A stretch of 64,000 bases of DNA, from assembly GCA_964106645.2 (NCBI GenBank), contig OZ067046.1, one strand, 5' to 3'. The DNA comes from Podarcis pityusensis (lineage: Eukaryota). How positions within the stretch are numbered: position 1 is the first letter of the stretch; each line of letters begins with the position of its first letter. This document shows, one piece after another, positions 47,317-60,560 of the stretch. The notes under the pieces were generated by a model. The model was not told where the DNA came from and did no database searches. It saw nothing but the letters and a program-made list of their open reading frames with translations. A program made the translations under genes and the position numbers.

Positions 47317-49516
47317 TCCTACACAGAATGACACAATGGGAAGGGCTGCCCCCATTTTTTCCATAGATCCATTCTGTAGCAGCATATTGCAACACTGCTA
47401 GGCTGCAAATTGCAGCTCCACTGACATAAAGTGGCAGCAAGGCTTTATAAAATCTTTTAAATAAACGCCCTGCCACATCCTCTCATATTGGTACGTTCCT
47501 TCCCCTCTGAAAATTAATAGATCTGATCTCCCTCAATAGTTTTTGAAAGTGCTCTCCTACTTTTACAGAGGCAGCAGATGATTCTACAAACATTTTATGG
47601 GCACAGCCAACCAGCCAGGTATAAAACATAAGACTTTTTCAAGTCTGAAAGAGGTTATCCCTCAAACCACACAGCCTATACCAGAGCAGCCCCTAGTGGA
47701 CACAAAAGTATGTTACAATTTCATTTTATTCATGCAGTGTTTATTTTACAATAGCAATCCCTATTCGGCAAGAATATTTCACTTAACAATGTCAGCCTTG
47801 TAAATAAGCCAACAAAAGTTGCTAGCCTGCTTATGGATAATTTTAATGGGAGCATGATACTTTTACATATCCAGAAGATAAGCCCTAATAACCAACACAC
47901 ACCATATTTGTAGGTCTCCTGCAGCCAGAAAAAGGTGCTCTTTGCAAAAAGGAGTAACACAGAAAACATTCTAAGAAAGTTAAAAATAATTAACTTCAAA
48001 AAAAGCATGCAAAACAAGGACACATATGCAAAAGATTTCTACACCCTCAGCACTGATTTTCATCACTTATTACTTTGACCGGCCTCTCCATAGCCACCTA
48101 GACGAACCTTTTTTCATCCTTCCCATCAATAACAAACCTTCAGAATTCAGGCTGCAACTCCATACTCACTTACATGGGAGTGAAGTCAATGGGAGCTTAC
48201 TTCTGAGCAGACATCTAGGACTGCCGCAACACTCTGCTATCCTGCCATTTACAGTCACCCCACCACCACTTGCTCCCACACCTCCCCTATCACTCTCAGC
48301 AAAGAAAGCAATACTTAGATATTCTTTTCCTCCTGTTCTCTCAAATCACTGCAGCTACATTAATTGTCTGATTCACAAAGCAGTTAAGACAGAATCCTCA
48401 AGTTCAAACTGACACGGCATCATGATCCCATCAGTTAGTATCAATGGAATGCCATTTCAAATAGCAATCATAATCAACGGGTGCTGGAGGGAGGTGGCAG
48501 CACATTCCTACTTTGCTTGCAAAACATACTGGTCCCGTGAGTCTGGTGCTGGAAGGGAGGTGTTTGTGGGTGGGTGGAGGCTGAAGCATGTAGCTCTTGC
48601 TCTCCTCCCCATCCCTTTGTGGCTTGAGGTTGGGAAGCCTTGTGCCTCATGTACTTGCAGGCACATATTCTCATCCTGCCTGTATTAACAAGCCCTACCT
48701 ACCCAAGCAAAATTCCTGGTCACCACAACTTGATAGAAATGAAGTATATTTCAAGTCCCAGAAAGCTAATGTTTCAAAATACAACTAAAGTTGGAGTCAA
48801 CAAGGAGAGAATAACCTGAATAGTCTAGCAGTCTAATACGTTCTCAGATTCTCTTATTTATTCACCTGGATATTGGACTTTCCTTATTCCCAACAATCAA
48901 AACAAATTATACTCTAGAAAATATTAAATGAAATCTACAAATAACTTTAACTGCAAGAAATTAAAACATTACAGCATCTTACTCTTTATGTTTTATTACT
49001 TTTATAGAGTTATTTGCAACATATCTTGCGATTTGAAAGGATAAAACCTATATTCATCTCTAGACAAAAGGCTGGCAAGCCTTCTCCAAGCAGGAGAACA
49101 TTAGATTAATCTAGGCAATACTTTCACCCTATAATTTGCTTGCTCCAGGCATTAATCTAATTTGATTATTAGTAAAATGCTCAGAGATTTAATTTACACT
49201 ATACTTTTATCATCACCATCATTATTTATTAATATACATGTGTTGCCCAATGCAAAATGCCACTAGGCAACTTACAGTACCACGAATTCTGTTTTTTAAA
49301 GCAAAAATAATTTTAAAAGCAAAAAGTTTTTTTAAAAAAACTAACAATAGAAAAACCCCATTTTGAGCTGATCTAAATATGTGCAAATTCATCATTCAAA
49401 AAGTAACACTCCCCATGAAAAATATTAAGCCACTAGCTGAGAAAATATATTAAACTCAAACACTAAAAACCATTGCTATTATACATATTGTTAAACTGCT
49501 TAGTTATGCCTCATAC

Positions 49517-49609
49517 CCTGTTATAGTTGTGCTCATGTGTATCTTCAAGTTCTCCATTACTTGTCACAGAAATCTCTGCTGCTGAATTTTTTGGAGATTC
49601 TTCAGCCAT
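49517..49609 (-). CDS. ARFIP1: Arfaptin-1 first canonical coding exon (exon starts at 49618)
   Basis: tag|GAGTGTTCA-ATG: MAEESPKNSAAEISVTSNGELEDTHEHNYNR|gtatga. The eight exons total 1125 nt = 374 aa plus stop, with consistent phases. Confidence 0.96.
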
Positions 49610-50430
49610 TGAACACTCCTATAGTTTGAAGAGAAATATGTTGAGTGTTATAAAATGATATTAATATTAAATGTTTACCTATTTCGCTAAACTACCACAT
49701 TTCACTGAACCACAAAGAGGATATTTGCAGATCCCAACACAATGATCCTATGAAACATGCTTGTTAAATTATTCAGTCTCCTAAACAAAAAGCAAGCAGT
49801 AGATCAAGTACCCTTTGTTCAGGTCAGTCTGCTCCCACCCCAGTGCTAGACACACATAAAAACAACTGATGGCCCACATAGTAACTTCTGCCTCCTAGTC
49901 ACAGTACATTAGATATTCCTGTCACTTAACATTACCAAACAGCATAATATTTATATTTACTTTGGTACATGGCAACCCTTTTCAGTTATCAAAAGATGCT
50001 CACAGGACTTAAGAGAACTGCACCGCATGTGAGTCATCTGCCTCTTGTTGTGCAGCCTCAAATATTAATGCCCGTAAGGCTGATGAGTGAATCTGATCAA
50101 GCACCTGATTGTCACAGTGCCAGGTAAAACTCTAGTTTCCCCAGCTTCTCTATAGAAGTGTACATAAGACTAAGGCCAACCAACGGCTGTTCACTTACCT
50201 CCCATGGTGTTCCCACATTAACACTGGAGTATTATAATAGGTTATATATTTAATCTCAGCAGATGTACAATTTTGATACTGTAAACAGCTGAATAAGTAG
50301 TTTACGGGCAAACTGTTTCCTCTTTCACACAACACCTGCAATTTTATCAGTCAAAACTCATGTAACTATGGCATCTGTTTTTATAAGGTACTGAAAGCAA
50401 ATAAAAAGACTAATGCACACGTATAAGCTA

Positions 50431-50734
50431 CCGTATTTTTCGCTCTGTAAAACACACCTGACCATAAGTTTTTAGAGGAGGAAAACAAGAAAAAAAATAT
50501 TCTGAATCAAATGTTGTACTAAACTATTTAATAAACAACCCTCTCCCTCTCTGCACAGTGCCTCTCCTGTGAAACGGGAGGAGGAATGGTGCCCCTTCTG
50601 TTCCTCCTCCTGCTTCGCTGGGGCGCTGCGCAGCTCTCCCTCTCTGCGCAGCGCCATTCACTCCTAAGACGCACACACATTTCCCCTTACTTTTTAGGAG
50701 GAAAAATGTGCATCGTCTGGAGCAAAAAATACGG
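50431..50734. mobile_element. Tc1/mariner-type MITE
   Basis: TA-CCGTATTTTTCGCTC ... GAGCAAAAAATACGG-TA. Confidence 0.85.
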
Positions 50735-51279
50735 TAATATGAAAACACTACATAGCTATTATCTCTTTAGCTCATCTTTGCAAAACGGCATATGCCCCAT
50801 GGGCTAGAGTATCTCTCTGCATCTTCTGGGTTTTGTTAGATTGTGGAAGGACCTAACGAAGAGTCCACATAACTATGTGGTAAAAGCCTGAACCAATCAA
50901 GTCACCACAGAGTACATCATGCAGAGTGACCAGTGCTGAAAGTGCTAAGACACTAGCTGTATTAGTTAAGCCTGGTAAGGGTAAACTGTAAATTACAATT
51001 TATGACATATTGTAATAGTCATTCAAGCAGACCTGCCTTGCAACAGATCAGGTCACATCAATCAAATGTAGCATTCAGTTCTTAAAGCAATGGCATGGTT
51101 TGCACGTCATATTAAACCATAGTTTTAACCACACTATGGTTTGATGTATGCTGCTTAATAGTTCCCAAGGCACTCCTCTCTATGGCTTCTACTAGTCTGT
51201 TCACTTGATGCTGAACCACGATTTCATAATATATGCTAGCAAAATCCTTACCTACTGCGGTTGGTTTCATATACCCAGT

Positions 51280-51520
51280 TGGCTATGAAGCTCTCTGTGT
51301 GACTTTGGGTAAGTAATAGTCTCTCAGCCTAATCTAATTCACAGGATTGTTGCAATGATAGAACAGACAGAAGGGAGAACCATGTACGCCACCTTGAGCT
51401 CCTTAGAGAATCACAGAATTGTAGAGTTGGAAGGGATCCCAAGGATCATCCAGTCCAACCCCCTGCAATGCAGGAATCCTGCCCACAGAAAAGTTGGGAT
51501 ATAAATGCAATAAATAAACA
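51280..51520. mobile_element. MIR-like SINE (+) interrupted by a CR1/SINE tail fragment (-, ~51408-51480)
   Basis: gtgactttgggtaagt...tctcagcctaatctaattcacaggattgttg, then agaattgtagagttggaagggatccc...ccctgcaatgcaggaatc, then the SINE tail gggatataaatgcaataaataaa. Confidence 0.6.
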
Positions 51521-54124
51521 AATCTTTTCTGTTTTCTGCCAGTAGACAGATTGTAGAAAGAAGGCTATCAGTTATGTACTTCTCTCTTTGATCATGTATG
51601 TCTCCTGAATAAAATCCACCTGCCAACAACATGCAATCCTATGTTCATGCTAGGAAATAAGGTATTGCATCACTTTCCGTAGGTGTAATACTTTTTCTAT
51701 GATGTAATCAAAAGCATTGCTCTATGCAAAAACAAAAAACAATAAAAACAATAAAAAGTTTCTCAATACAAATTAAAAGACACTTCATAAAACTTTAGTA
51801 CACACTATAAAATCTACAATGCATTATATGACTCTGGAGGCACGAGTAGCCTTTGAGCCTACAGCTATACAATTCAGCGCAATAGCACCATGTTCTAAAA
51901 TTTAAGAAGCCTAAACACAAAATGCCCAAAATCACATCAGTCAGGTCAAAATTTAACCAGCTATGATTATTTTAAATACTTTTATATCACAAGTCTTGCT
52001 TATTTAGGGTTGTGTTCCCTGTTTTCTCAAAGCCAAAGGGAGACACCACCAAACTGTACTGAAGTCTGACTCAACATAAAAACTTACCCATGGCACATTC
52101 CTATGTAGCCTGCAGTCTCCTCATCCCCCTCCACATACTTTTAATCTGGTCTGCAACACATGTGCTGTCTGTGAGGGATGCCAGGTGAGCTTAAGGAAGA
52201 CAGATTGCTCTGCCCCTGCTTTGGTAGTTTCTGAGGTGGATGCAGAGGAAAAGGTTTATCTTCCTCAGCAGTGAGCAGGGAAGCTGAGTGAACTTCTGGA
52301 AGAAGGAATGAGTGTCCTACCCTTCCTATCACATCTCACTTTACTGGGTGGAAAGGGGACTTTCTTGTGTTTTGATATTGTGATTTTATCCTGTGAACTG
52401 CCCTGAGACATGCAGGTATGGGGCAGTATACAAATTTATCATCATCATCATCCTTCATTTACAGCCAGTACATGTCTATTCAGAAGTAAGCCCCACTGAG
52501 TCCAATGGAACTGGCTTCAATCCCAAACACACTTATGTAGTGTAGTGGTTAGCAAGTCCCTTTAGGACCAAGGAAACCAGAATTTGAATCCCCACTCAGT
52601 CATGAAGCTCACTGGCTGACCATGCATAATGTCGTGCTTTGATGGACCCGACCCCTGCTAGAGTGAAAGCAGCATGGAAGATTTTTGTGCTCCACATTCA
52701 GCCACGCAGACTTCTCTCCCTTCTTACCTTGGGCACTCACCAGAGACATGCTTTGCCACTGCCCTGGTGATGTCCATTTTCCCCACCTAAATGAATGACA
52801 CTTCCTTCCTATGGGGACAAGCTGCATTTCGGGATAAAACAAAGCCAAGCCTCTACTCCCAACACTGAGTAGCCACTACTCACAGGGTTCTTTACAATGT
52901 ACAGACTCTTCCTCCAACATTCGCAGTCAACCATCATGTGAAGCAGTTTACAAGTTAAAAAGCAATTCATTAGAGACTCTGTTGGGCGCAGCCACCTTCG
53001 CCTGATGTTTGTGTTTCTCTTGATCGAGTCATTCCAGAAAGAGAATGTCCCTGCCCACTACTGACATGCAGCTGCCAAGAGATCAGCACCAAGTGGGAGT
53101 ATGGCCCCTTATAGAAAAACAGAACTTCCCACAACTGTTCTAAAAGTTGCAGGTGTAAGCTCTGGTGGACTGCACTATGCAGAGCTTGCCATAGTACCAG
53201 GGACACAACCAACAAGGCTCTGTCCTTATCCAAAGAGACAACTAGCACAACTGACGCAGCAACAACTGGATATAATCACCTGAAAGTGGCCTGGAGCATT
53301 TTGCACCAGTTGTAGCTGTTCAAGGACAGACTTAAGAGCAGGATTCAGCCATTTTCTTGTGTTCCACATCTTAATAGGACACTTTGCAAGAAGTTACTCA
53401 AGCACCAAATAAGCTCCTTACCCGAAAAGGGGAAGCTGTGCCCTTACAACAAAAGCTGAAACTGTAATAGTCTCTCAAATTCAGGATGAGACTAGGCAAC
53501 GTTTTCAATCTCAAAATAAGTGGTAGCCAAAGATCCATATTATGAGGGTGCAAATACCGGAGATAGGTATGTTATCTCCCCTGTCTTCTACCTGGCCGAC
53601 TGAAAGCTTTTCAGCTAGATCTTGCCAAAGAACAGCAGTGGGGGGTTATTATGAGATTTTATGTACCAGAGCATAGTGATGAAAGACTTATCAAACCATC
53701 TAGCATCTGTGATTCTATCTTATTATTAATTATTTCTCTATAAACACACAAGAATCTGGATCAATAAGTTCACAGAGGTCTGTCATGTGTATCTTTCCTG
53801 AAAAAGCACCAGGTGAGCCCAACCACCAAAAAACCTGTGGGGACAAAAATGAAGCTAAGGGACAACAAGAACACTTGCAAGGTTATCTATAAAATCCTTA
53901 TTGTTCCTATGCTCTGACAGAATACTTTACTGTTTAATGGGGCAATACAAAATCAAATGTAAAAATTAATTTGTTTTCAGTTAATCATGTTTTGAATTTG
54001 ACAAATAATATTCTGTTATAATCAAGAACAATTAAAAGAGATTGGTTCAATTTTCTCCCCAGTCTGAGCCTGTTACTGATTGGTTGATTTTAAATAGCTA
54101 CAACCACTTGTATCACCCAATCAC

Positions 54125-54204
54125 CTCAGAGTCAGACTGGAGTTCTTCTGGAGCCTGGTGAAGTTCATCAACAGTTTCTGGATTCTTGCTATTTTCTGAC
54201 ATAC
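54125..54204 (-). CDS. ARFIP1: Candidate alternative ARFIP1 exon with upstream in-frame ATG (54202)
   Basis: cttatttcactttcag|GT ATG...: MSENSKNPETVDELHQAPEELQSDSE|gtgatt. The phase-0 end joins exon 49618 (GAG TGT TCA ATG) in frame. Confidence 0.6.
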
Positions 54205-55202
54205 CTGAAAGTGAAATAAGTTGAGCATGCATTGAGTTCTTCCAAGTAACTAAATTATGTGCTTTAAGGAAGTTCCTTCAAAATATTTACAAACCTTTCC
54301 GACTATATGTATCCAAATTAGTACACTTTTCATTCACTAGCAAATGTTATCATGAAATGTAAATTACTTTTACTCTCTTTCATAACACAAGGGACAGAAC
54401 AACAAGAGAATAGTTAAGGGCTCCCTCAGCTAAACTAGAACTACTAATTAAAAAATACAAATGTTCCCAAGCAATCTAAAAACAAATAACTATTAGTTCT
54501 ACCTATAGATCAAAATGCTGAGACTAACACAATAAACTCAAGGTCACAATGCTGTATACCAGCACCTGAGAACCTTTTTCAGTATTAGATATCCACAACA
54601 ATATTTTAGATACAGGTAATTTACAACTTATGCACATTTAACCCTAACCCTGCCCCTGCTCCCTTTCCGGGGCCAAAATCTGCAGCACACGCCAATCAAA
54701 CCTACATAGCCTCATGACTATCATTTTGGAACTGAAACAGGGAAATCCAAAAAGTGGACAGTACTTTCTTCATAACAAGGGACTTTTTTAGGTTTGCAGA
54801 AATGTTTTTAGTTGTAAGGGGGGAAGCCCCCAGAAGAACCTAATCCTTAATTCCCAGGACCTACAGAATACTGAAGGCAGCTGAGATACAGAATGTTGAG
54901 TGTTATTAGATAAAAAGGGAAATTGTTCTGGGTGAGCTTGTAACAGCTCTCAACGTTCTATAATTGGGATTAATTAGGGGGATTAAGGTCAAGGAGAAGA
55001 TTGTCATGAGGTTAAAATAAGGCTCTTCTCCAAACTATACAGGGAGGTTTCAGGTGAAGGAGGAGCAGAAGTAGTACTATTTTTCTTTCCCTCTCCAGAA
55101 ACCTCCCCCAGCCCCCGAATTTTAACGATGGATAGATCAGTCCACTTGTGACCTGGGTCAATTTTACATGCATTTACTCTTAAGTTTGGTCAGTCCTATC
55201 TC

Positions 55203-55710
55203 TTTTTTTTTTTTAAATGATATTTATTTCAGATTTAAAATTACAAAAAAGAAGAAGAAAAACCATACAAAATACAAGGAAAACTTTAACCGTAGAATAA
55301 ACAAATAAAAAAAACCCAATAAAATAGAATAAAAAAGACTTAACAAAAGATATAAAAATACATTAAGTTAAAATAAAACAAAAACAGATTAAACCTTTAC
55401 TTAACCTTTTTCCCTTTACTTATTTCCATGACCTCCTCTCACCTCCCAATTTTGTATTCTAGTTCAGATCGTATTTCCAGCAATTCCTTCTAACCTTATT
55501 TTCATTTACGTATTTTAAAATTTCAAATAATGTAATTAAACTTCCTCCATTTCATCAAATTCAACAACTCATTTTTGCTTAGTCCATTATATCATATCTA
55601 CCAAAACGACCTAATATTCTTTTTCCGACCTCTTTCTAACATTCTTTTATATTGCAGTATTTTTGAAGATATATTTTGAATTTTTTCCAATCTTCTTCCA
55701 TCGACCCTTC
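55203..55710 (-). mobile_element. 5'-truncated L1-like LINE with poly(A) tail and TSD
   Basis: The minus strand encodes EGSMEEDWKKFKIYLQKYCNIKEC*, then a ~430-nt 3'UTR, AATAAA (55228-55223) and A12. Perfect 9-bp TSD tcctatctc (55194-55202 / 55711-55719). Confidence 0.85.
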
Positions 55711-58024
55711 TCCTATCTCAACATTAATCTGATTTTAAAAAGAAGTCCATACAAATATTCATATTTAAGTATGAATTTTATCTCAATGTACATATTCCTA
55801 AACTTTCTACCCTAAAGCACATTTTTAAACACATGCTGGTACATTTTGAACCAGGATCTGTACTGCAAAATTATGTTCCAATTCATAATTTAAGCCTGCG
55901 AGATACGAATTAGGTCATCTCCTTTAAAAATACATAGTCTTCATTTCTACCACTCTGATACACAGCAAATTGATCAGGTTTGTTGATGATAGTCCACCCA
56001 AATCTTTTAGCATTATATAGCACAAGAGGAAAATGTTACAGGAAGGTGGAAAAGAAAGAAAGAAGTTTTCCTTTATGCTGCAATTTACCATCCTCTTCAC
56101 ACAAGCCCTGACTAGTGCTATAAAGCTCCTGTTCCAGAACGATTAGATCCATAAACAAGAAGGATCTTTTGGAAATTGCAGAAGACTATGCTGCATACTA
56201 TACTTTCTTATTTAATATGTGTATGCTCCCACTTTTCCTGATTAAAAACCCTCCCCTAAACCTAAGTTTTCCTAGTTCCCTGCCAAAACTGAATGCTGAG
56301 CAAACACTCTGTAGGAAGGTTATAGAGGGGAACAGGAAGACTGACTGCTGATGCCTTCAGTGCCTATTTACAACTAAACTCAAGAGACCTAGAGCATCTA
56401 AAGGCACTATCCAACTAAGGCTACAATCCTAGCCATGTCTTTTTTGAAGTAAATTCACTGAATTCAATGCAGCTTACATTCAGGCATGTGAGGTTAGGAT
56501 TCCAACCTTATCTATACTCAAGAGTAGACCCACTAAAAGCAATGGACCTGTCCACTGCAGGAATCATCATTTCAACACTATAACCAATTTAGAATGTTTT
56601 ATTTATACTGTATCTAATTAAAAGTATTTCCATCACATGGCTACATTACCTAGCATACAAGAACATGCTGAACGTAAGATAGTGAAACTGAATCACATGG
56701 ATTACATTACACTGATGTACATCTTGCTACATTATCATAGCCAAAAGGCAGCACTTAAAACTTTTCAAACCTTTAACAACTTTTAAATGCCATTTTAAGT
56801 ATATAAACTCACCCGCTAAAAAAGAAGTTAATGTTGGCACAATAAAATTAGCAGATATTGCACTATGCACTTGAAGCACTTCAGAAACTTGAAAAAAAAT
56901 ATAATTGTTAAATATTTGAGTCTCAAGGAACAACACTAGTCCCCTTTCTTTTCAGATATGCAGGCTGCTGGAAAGCCCACACTGTTTCACCCCATATTCA
57001 GCTCTTACTCCTTGCTGCTGCTGTTGAAGACTCTGACCATATGGTCTTACCATTCTAGACCTCTTTAAACCCATTGCCCCTTTCTTTCTCTTCTTCCATC
57101 AGTTCAGAAAATATACACTGAACTTTAAAAAAACAACAACAATAAAAATCAGGTCTTGTCAAAGACCTTTACTTTATGTGTAAAGGGGACATTATCAACT
57201 TGAATATTAATCTAATATTAAACAAACTTTCACTTCATAATAAATGACATTGTGTCAATCACAATAGAGAAAATGGAGAGAATTTTCAACAAGCGGAAGT
57301 AGTTACCATTAATCGCTGTTCTTCCGAGGACTGAGGAAGTTAAGCAAAGTTCACTGCAAATTAGTATGTTTAACAGTGTGGTTTTACATGATGCCTTTCT
57401 AACCTGCCAAGAACCCACAAATACACTAGTGGTAAACAGAAAATTAAATGTGCAGGGAAGGCTTCCAGTAAGTCAAACTATGCAAGTAAATTTTTTTTGA
57501 AGCATTTCTTTCACGGTTAGCACCAGCCTGCATCTAACTGGTGTGGTCAGAGGCGGATTTAAGGGAGTGTGATTGGTTCACCTGCGCTGGGTGCCAAGCT
57601 GAGAAGGTGCCACAGGGGAAACCACAACAATGACTTAAAATGGAAGGCGAGAGGCAAGGGGGTGCTGAATTTTGGTGTTGCACAGGGCACCTCTGAAATT
57701 TGAAAACCCGAAGTCTGCCACTTGTGGGATGTAATATGAGTAGGTAGACAGAAACAGGATTTTGCGGGTGAGCATACATGAAGCAGTGACTTGGCCATGT
57801 TGTACCACACATCAAACAGTTCAGGCAGCCTGCCACATCCAAGATTTCATTTAGGTTATGCTGAAACTCAATGTAGCAGTCAAGTCTCATCTGTTCATTG
57901 CCTTAAAGAAGCATCTGAGTATCTTATCTTAGGTTGGATTAGGATTTGCTATATACCTCTTCCCATCATTTCCCTGTAAAACTCCCCTTCCTTGTCAGTG
58001 GGTGTAAAAGAAGAACACCTAACG

Positions 58025-58282
58025 CATGGATAAGCAAACTAAGGCCTGGGGGCCGGATCAGGCCCAATCGCCTTCTAAATCCGGCCAGTAGACGGTCCGG
58101 GAATCAGCGTGCTTTTACATGAGTAGAATGTGTCCTTTTATTTAAAATGCATCTCTGGGTTATCTGTGGGGCACAGGAATTCATTCATATATATATATAT
58201 ATATGCAAAATATAGCCTGGCCTTCCACAAGGTCTGAAGGACAGTGTACCGGCCCCCTGCTGGAAAAGTTTGCTGACCCCTG
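58025..58282. mobile_element. Second copy of the Charlie-like hAT element (cf. 47006-47316)
   Basis: Colinear with 47006-47316 and ends AGTTTGCTGACCCCTG. Contains (AT)n. TSD not recognisable. Confidence 0.85.
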
Positions 58283-60263
58283 ATCTTGGCACAGGAACAA
58301 ATAAAGTCTCACTACCTACCAAGCCGAATCACAATTTGTGGACCTGGAAGCACAATTAAGCAATCTAAAATATTCCAGTTCTTTTACCAGAAATCTCAGA
58401 ACTATGTCATATTATGAATCATTACGATCCCATAATATATGCATGCTATAAAGCCCAGAACAATTTCCTTCAATAAAACAATATCATAATGGCAGAAGGT
58501 AGACTATATATATGCCATTACTTCCTTTTCACACTAGCTGCCTAGTTTTTATTTATTTTTAAAAGTTACACCCTGGGTCTCAAATATAGGCTTTATTTGG
58601 TTCTGTTGTTTCTGCCTTGTCTTTTTTTTTGTTTTTATGAGCATATTTTAATATTGTGTGTTGCTCTGGGGGCTTTCCAAAAAGCTGCCTAAGATTTTAA
58701 AGAAAAACACTGGTGGCAACTGCTGCTCCTTGTAGCATGTTATTAAGCATAAAACTGTAAGAACTTACAAATATATATACTGTACAGCAAACATCATGGA
58801 ATTAAAGCAGAAATACAACACAGAATTACGTGCATGCTTTTGTGATTAGCCTTGTGTTTAAAATGTTTGCCTCTAAAGACACAGGAAACATGTCTTAAGG
58901 AACAATAAGCTATGACCTCCACATAAAACTGAAAGGAGAAGCATGCATGGGGCAGGTGGGGGGGGGACATTCTTGGGCAAATCCTCCAAGTTCTAGTCAT
59001 CTATAAAACCAGAAAAGCCACAATTCCAGAAAGAGTTGGTACAATACACACAGAGTAGTGTACTCTGCAAGATGAATGCTGCGGTATAAGATGTGCAAGA
59101 GGAGACCCGAGTACATTATTCAACTAAGCAGCAGCCACATTTGTGCATCTCACTGTATTTTCAATGTACCTGCAGAAACCATTCCATGTCTGTTTCCTAT
59201 GGATGACTACAGTATTTCCTAGCTTGACAATCAGCTTCACGTACTGACTTTAGAGACGTCACTTCCACCCTAACAATCTTTAAGAACTGATCCAATATTA
59301 AATTTCTTCATAAGAAGACATAACTATTCAAGTTTTAAATCCCAGACAGTACTGAACTACAAGTTCCATTTCACAACGAAGAAAACCACCTTTGTGTGAA
59401 CATAGCCCCAAACCTTTCATCTATAACTCATCCAAATGGCTGGGAGTCATGGATTCTGGGGAAGCAGGGCAGAAAGCAGAGTGCATGGCCAGAATACAAC
59501 CCCTGAGCAAAAACAAAGCAGCAGCAACTTCACTTTTGGAAGTCAAGGGTGTGAGCACCAAGGAACCTAAAGATTTTGTGTGTTTTTTAAAGGCTAAATA
59601 AAGTGAGAAAGAGAAGAAAACCAAAAAGGGCGTTTTTCCATGAGCAGCTTTGTATTTCTCCGCTGAGCACAAGTACTTCCTCCTGGGCACAAACACATCA
59701 GCTTTACACCTGCCCTTTGCCCCACCCTCCAGGAGATAAAGACTAGGAACCCTGAGTGCGCACCAGGATCCCCTTCCCGACAGGCCTCCCAAGCGGATTT
59801 GTTACCTAACAGGCGAAGGTCTAATCTTCTCGCATCATCCTATACCTCCGTGCTGTGACATTTAAAAAATAAATAAAAATAAAGCAACACCTGTTGAGCC
59901 ACTGCCTGCCAGGCAGGCTGCAGCGGATAGGAAACGGTCTCTTCCGAGAAAGAGCGAAATGTGGGGGGACGCGCCCTTCCCTCATACGTGGCCTAGGCCC
60001 CGGCTGAAGCTCCGGGGCCGCAGCAGGAGGAGGCCAAGAACACCGGCCTGGCGCCGCGGGCGAGGAGGAAGGAGCGGAGTAACGGGAGAGGCGGCGGCGG
60101 AACGAGAAGGGCTTCGGCGAGGGAGGCGCTGAGGGCTCCGCGTCGGTCCTGTCTGAGGGGAGGTTTTTTTTGGGGGGGGGGACACGGCGCTCATCTCTTC
60201 GTCACCCCCGCCCACAGCAGCCACCCACCACACCCTTCTTCTCCTCCTCCCTCCCTCACTTGC

Positions 60264-60460
60264 CTTCAAGCTCGGCTGCTTCCAGCTGCTCCCCCCGCAA
60301 AAGCCACGGAAACACGGCCGAGCAGCTTAAACGGAAAGGGCTCGCGAGGAAACGGGCGCCGGTTACTTCAGCCTCTCTCTCTCTCTCTCACTCCCTACCC
60401 CCCCTCCCCGCCCTGCTTCCCTCCCTGAACGGCTGCACCAACCGGAACTGCCTGGCCGGA
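60264..60460 (-). other. ARFIP1: Putative non-coding exon 1 of ARFIP1 (5' end approximate)
   Basis: The best donor in the island is AAG|GCAAGT (GC-AG type, 60263-60258), with overlapping CAA|GTGAGG 4 nt downstream. Confidence 0.5.
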
Positions 60461-60546
60461 AGTAGAGCGTCCGCTTGCTGCTCTGTAACCTTCCGAAGGG
60501 GCCGCTCTAGGCGGCGGCAGCAGCGAGGGGCCGCTTCCACGTTGCT

Positions 60547-60560
60547 GTCACCATGGCAAC
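60547..60560. promoter_or_regulatory. RFX X-box motif
   Basis: GTCACCATGGCAAC fits GTNRCC-N(0-3)-RGYAAC. Confidence 0.65.

Noticed and set aside
36529-50090. Other CTGATGA boxes (~36529, ~45948, ~50080) as hammerhead or snoRNA cores
   Set aside because: No stem II plus GAAA at the right spacing and no convincing C/D box pairing.
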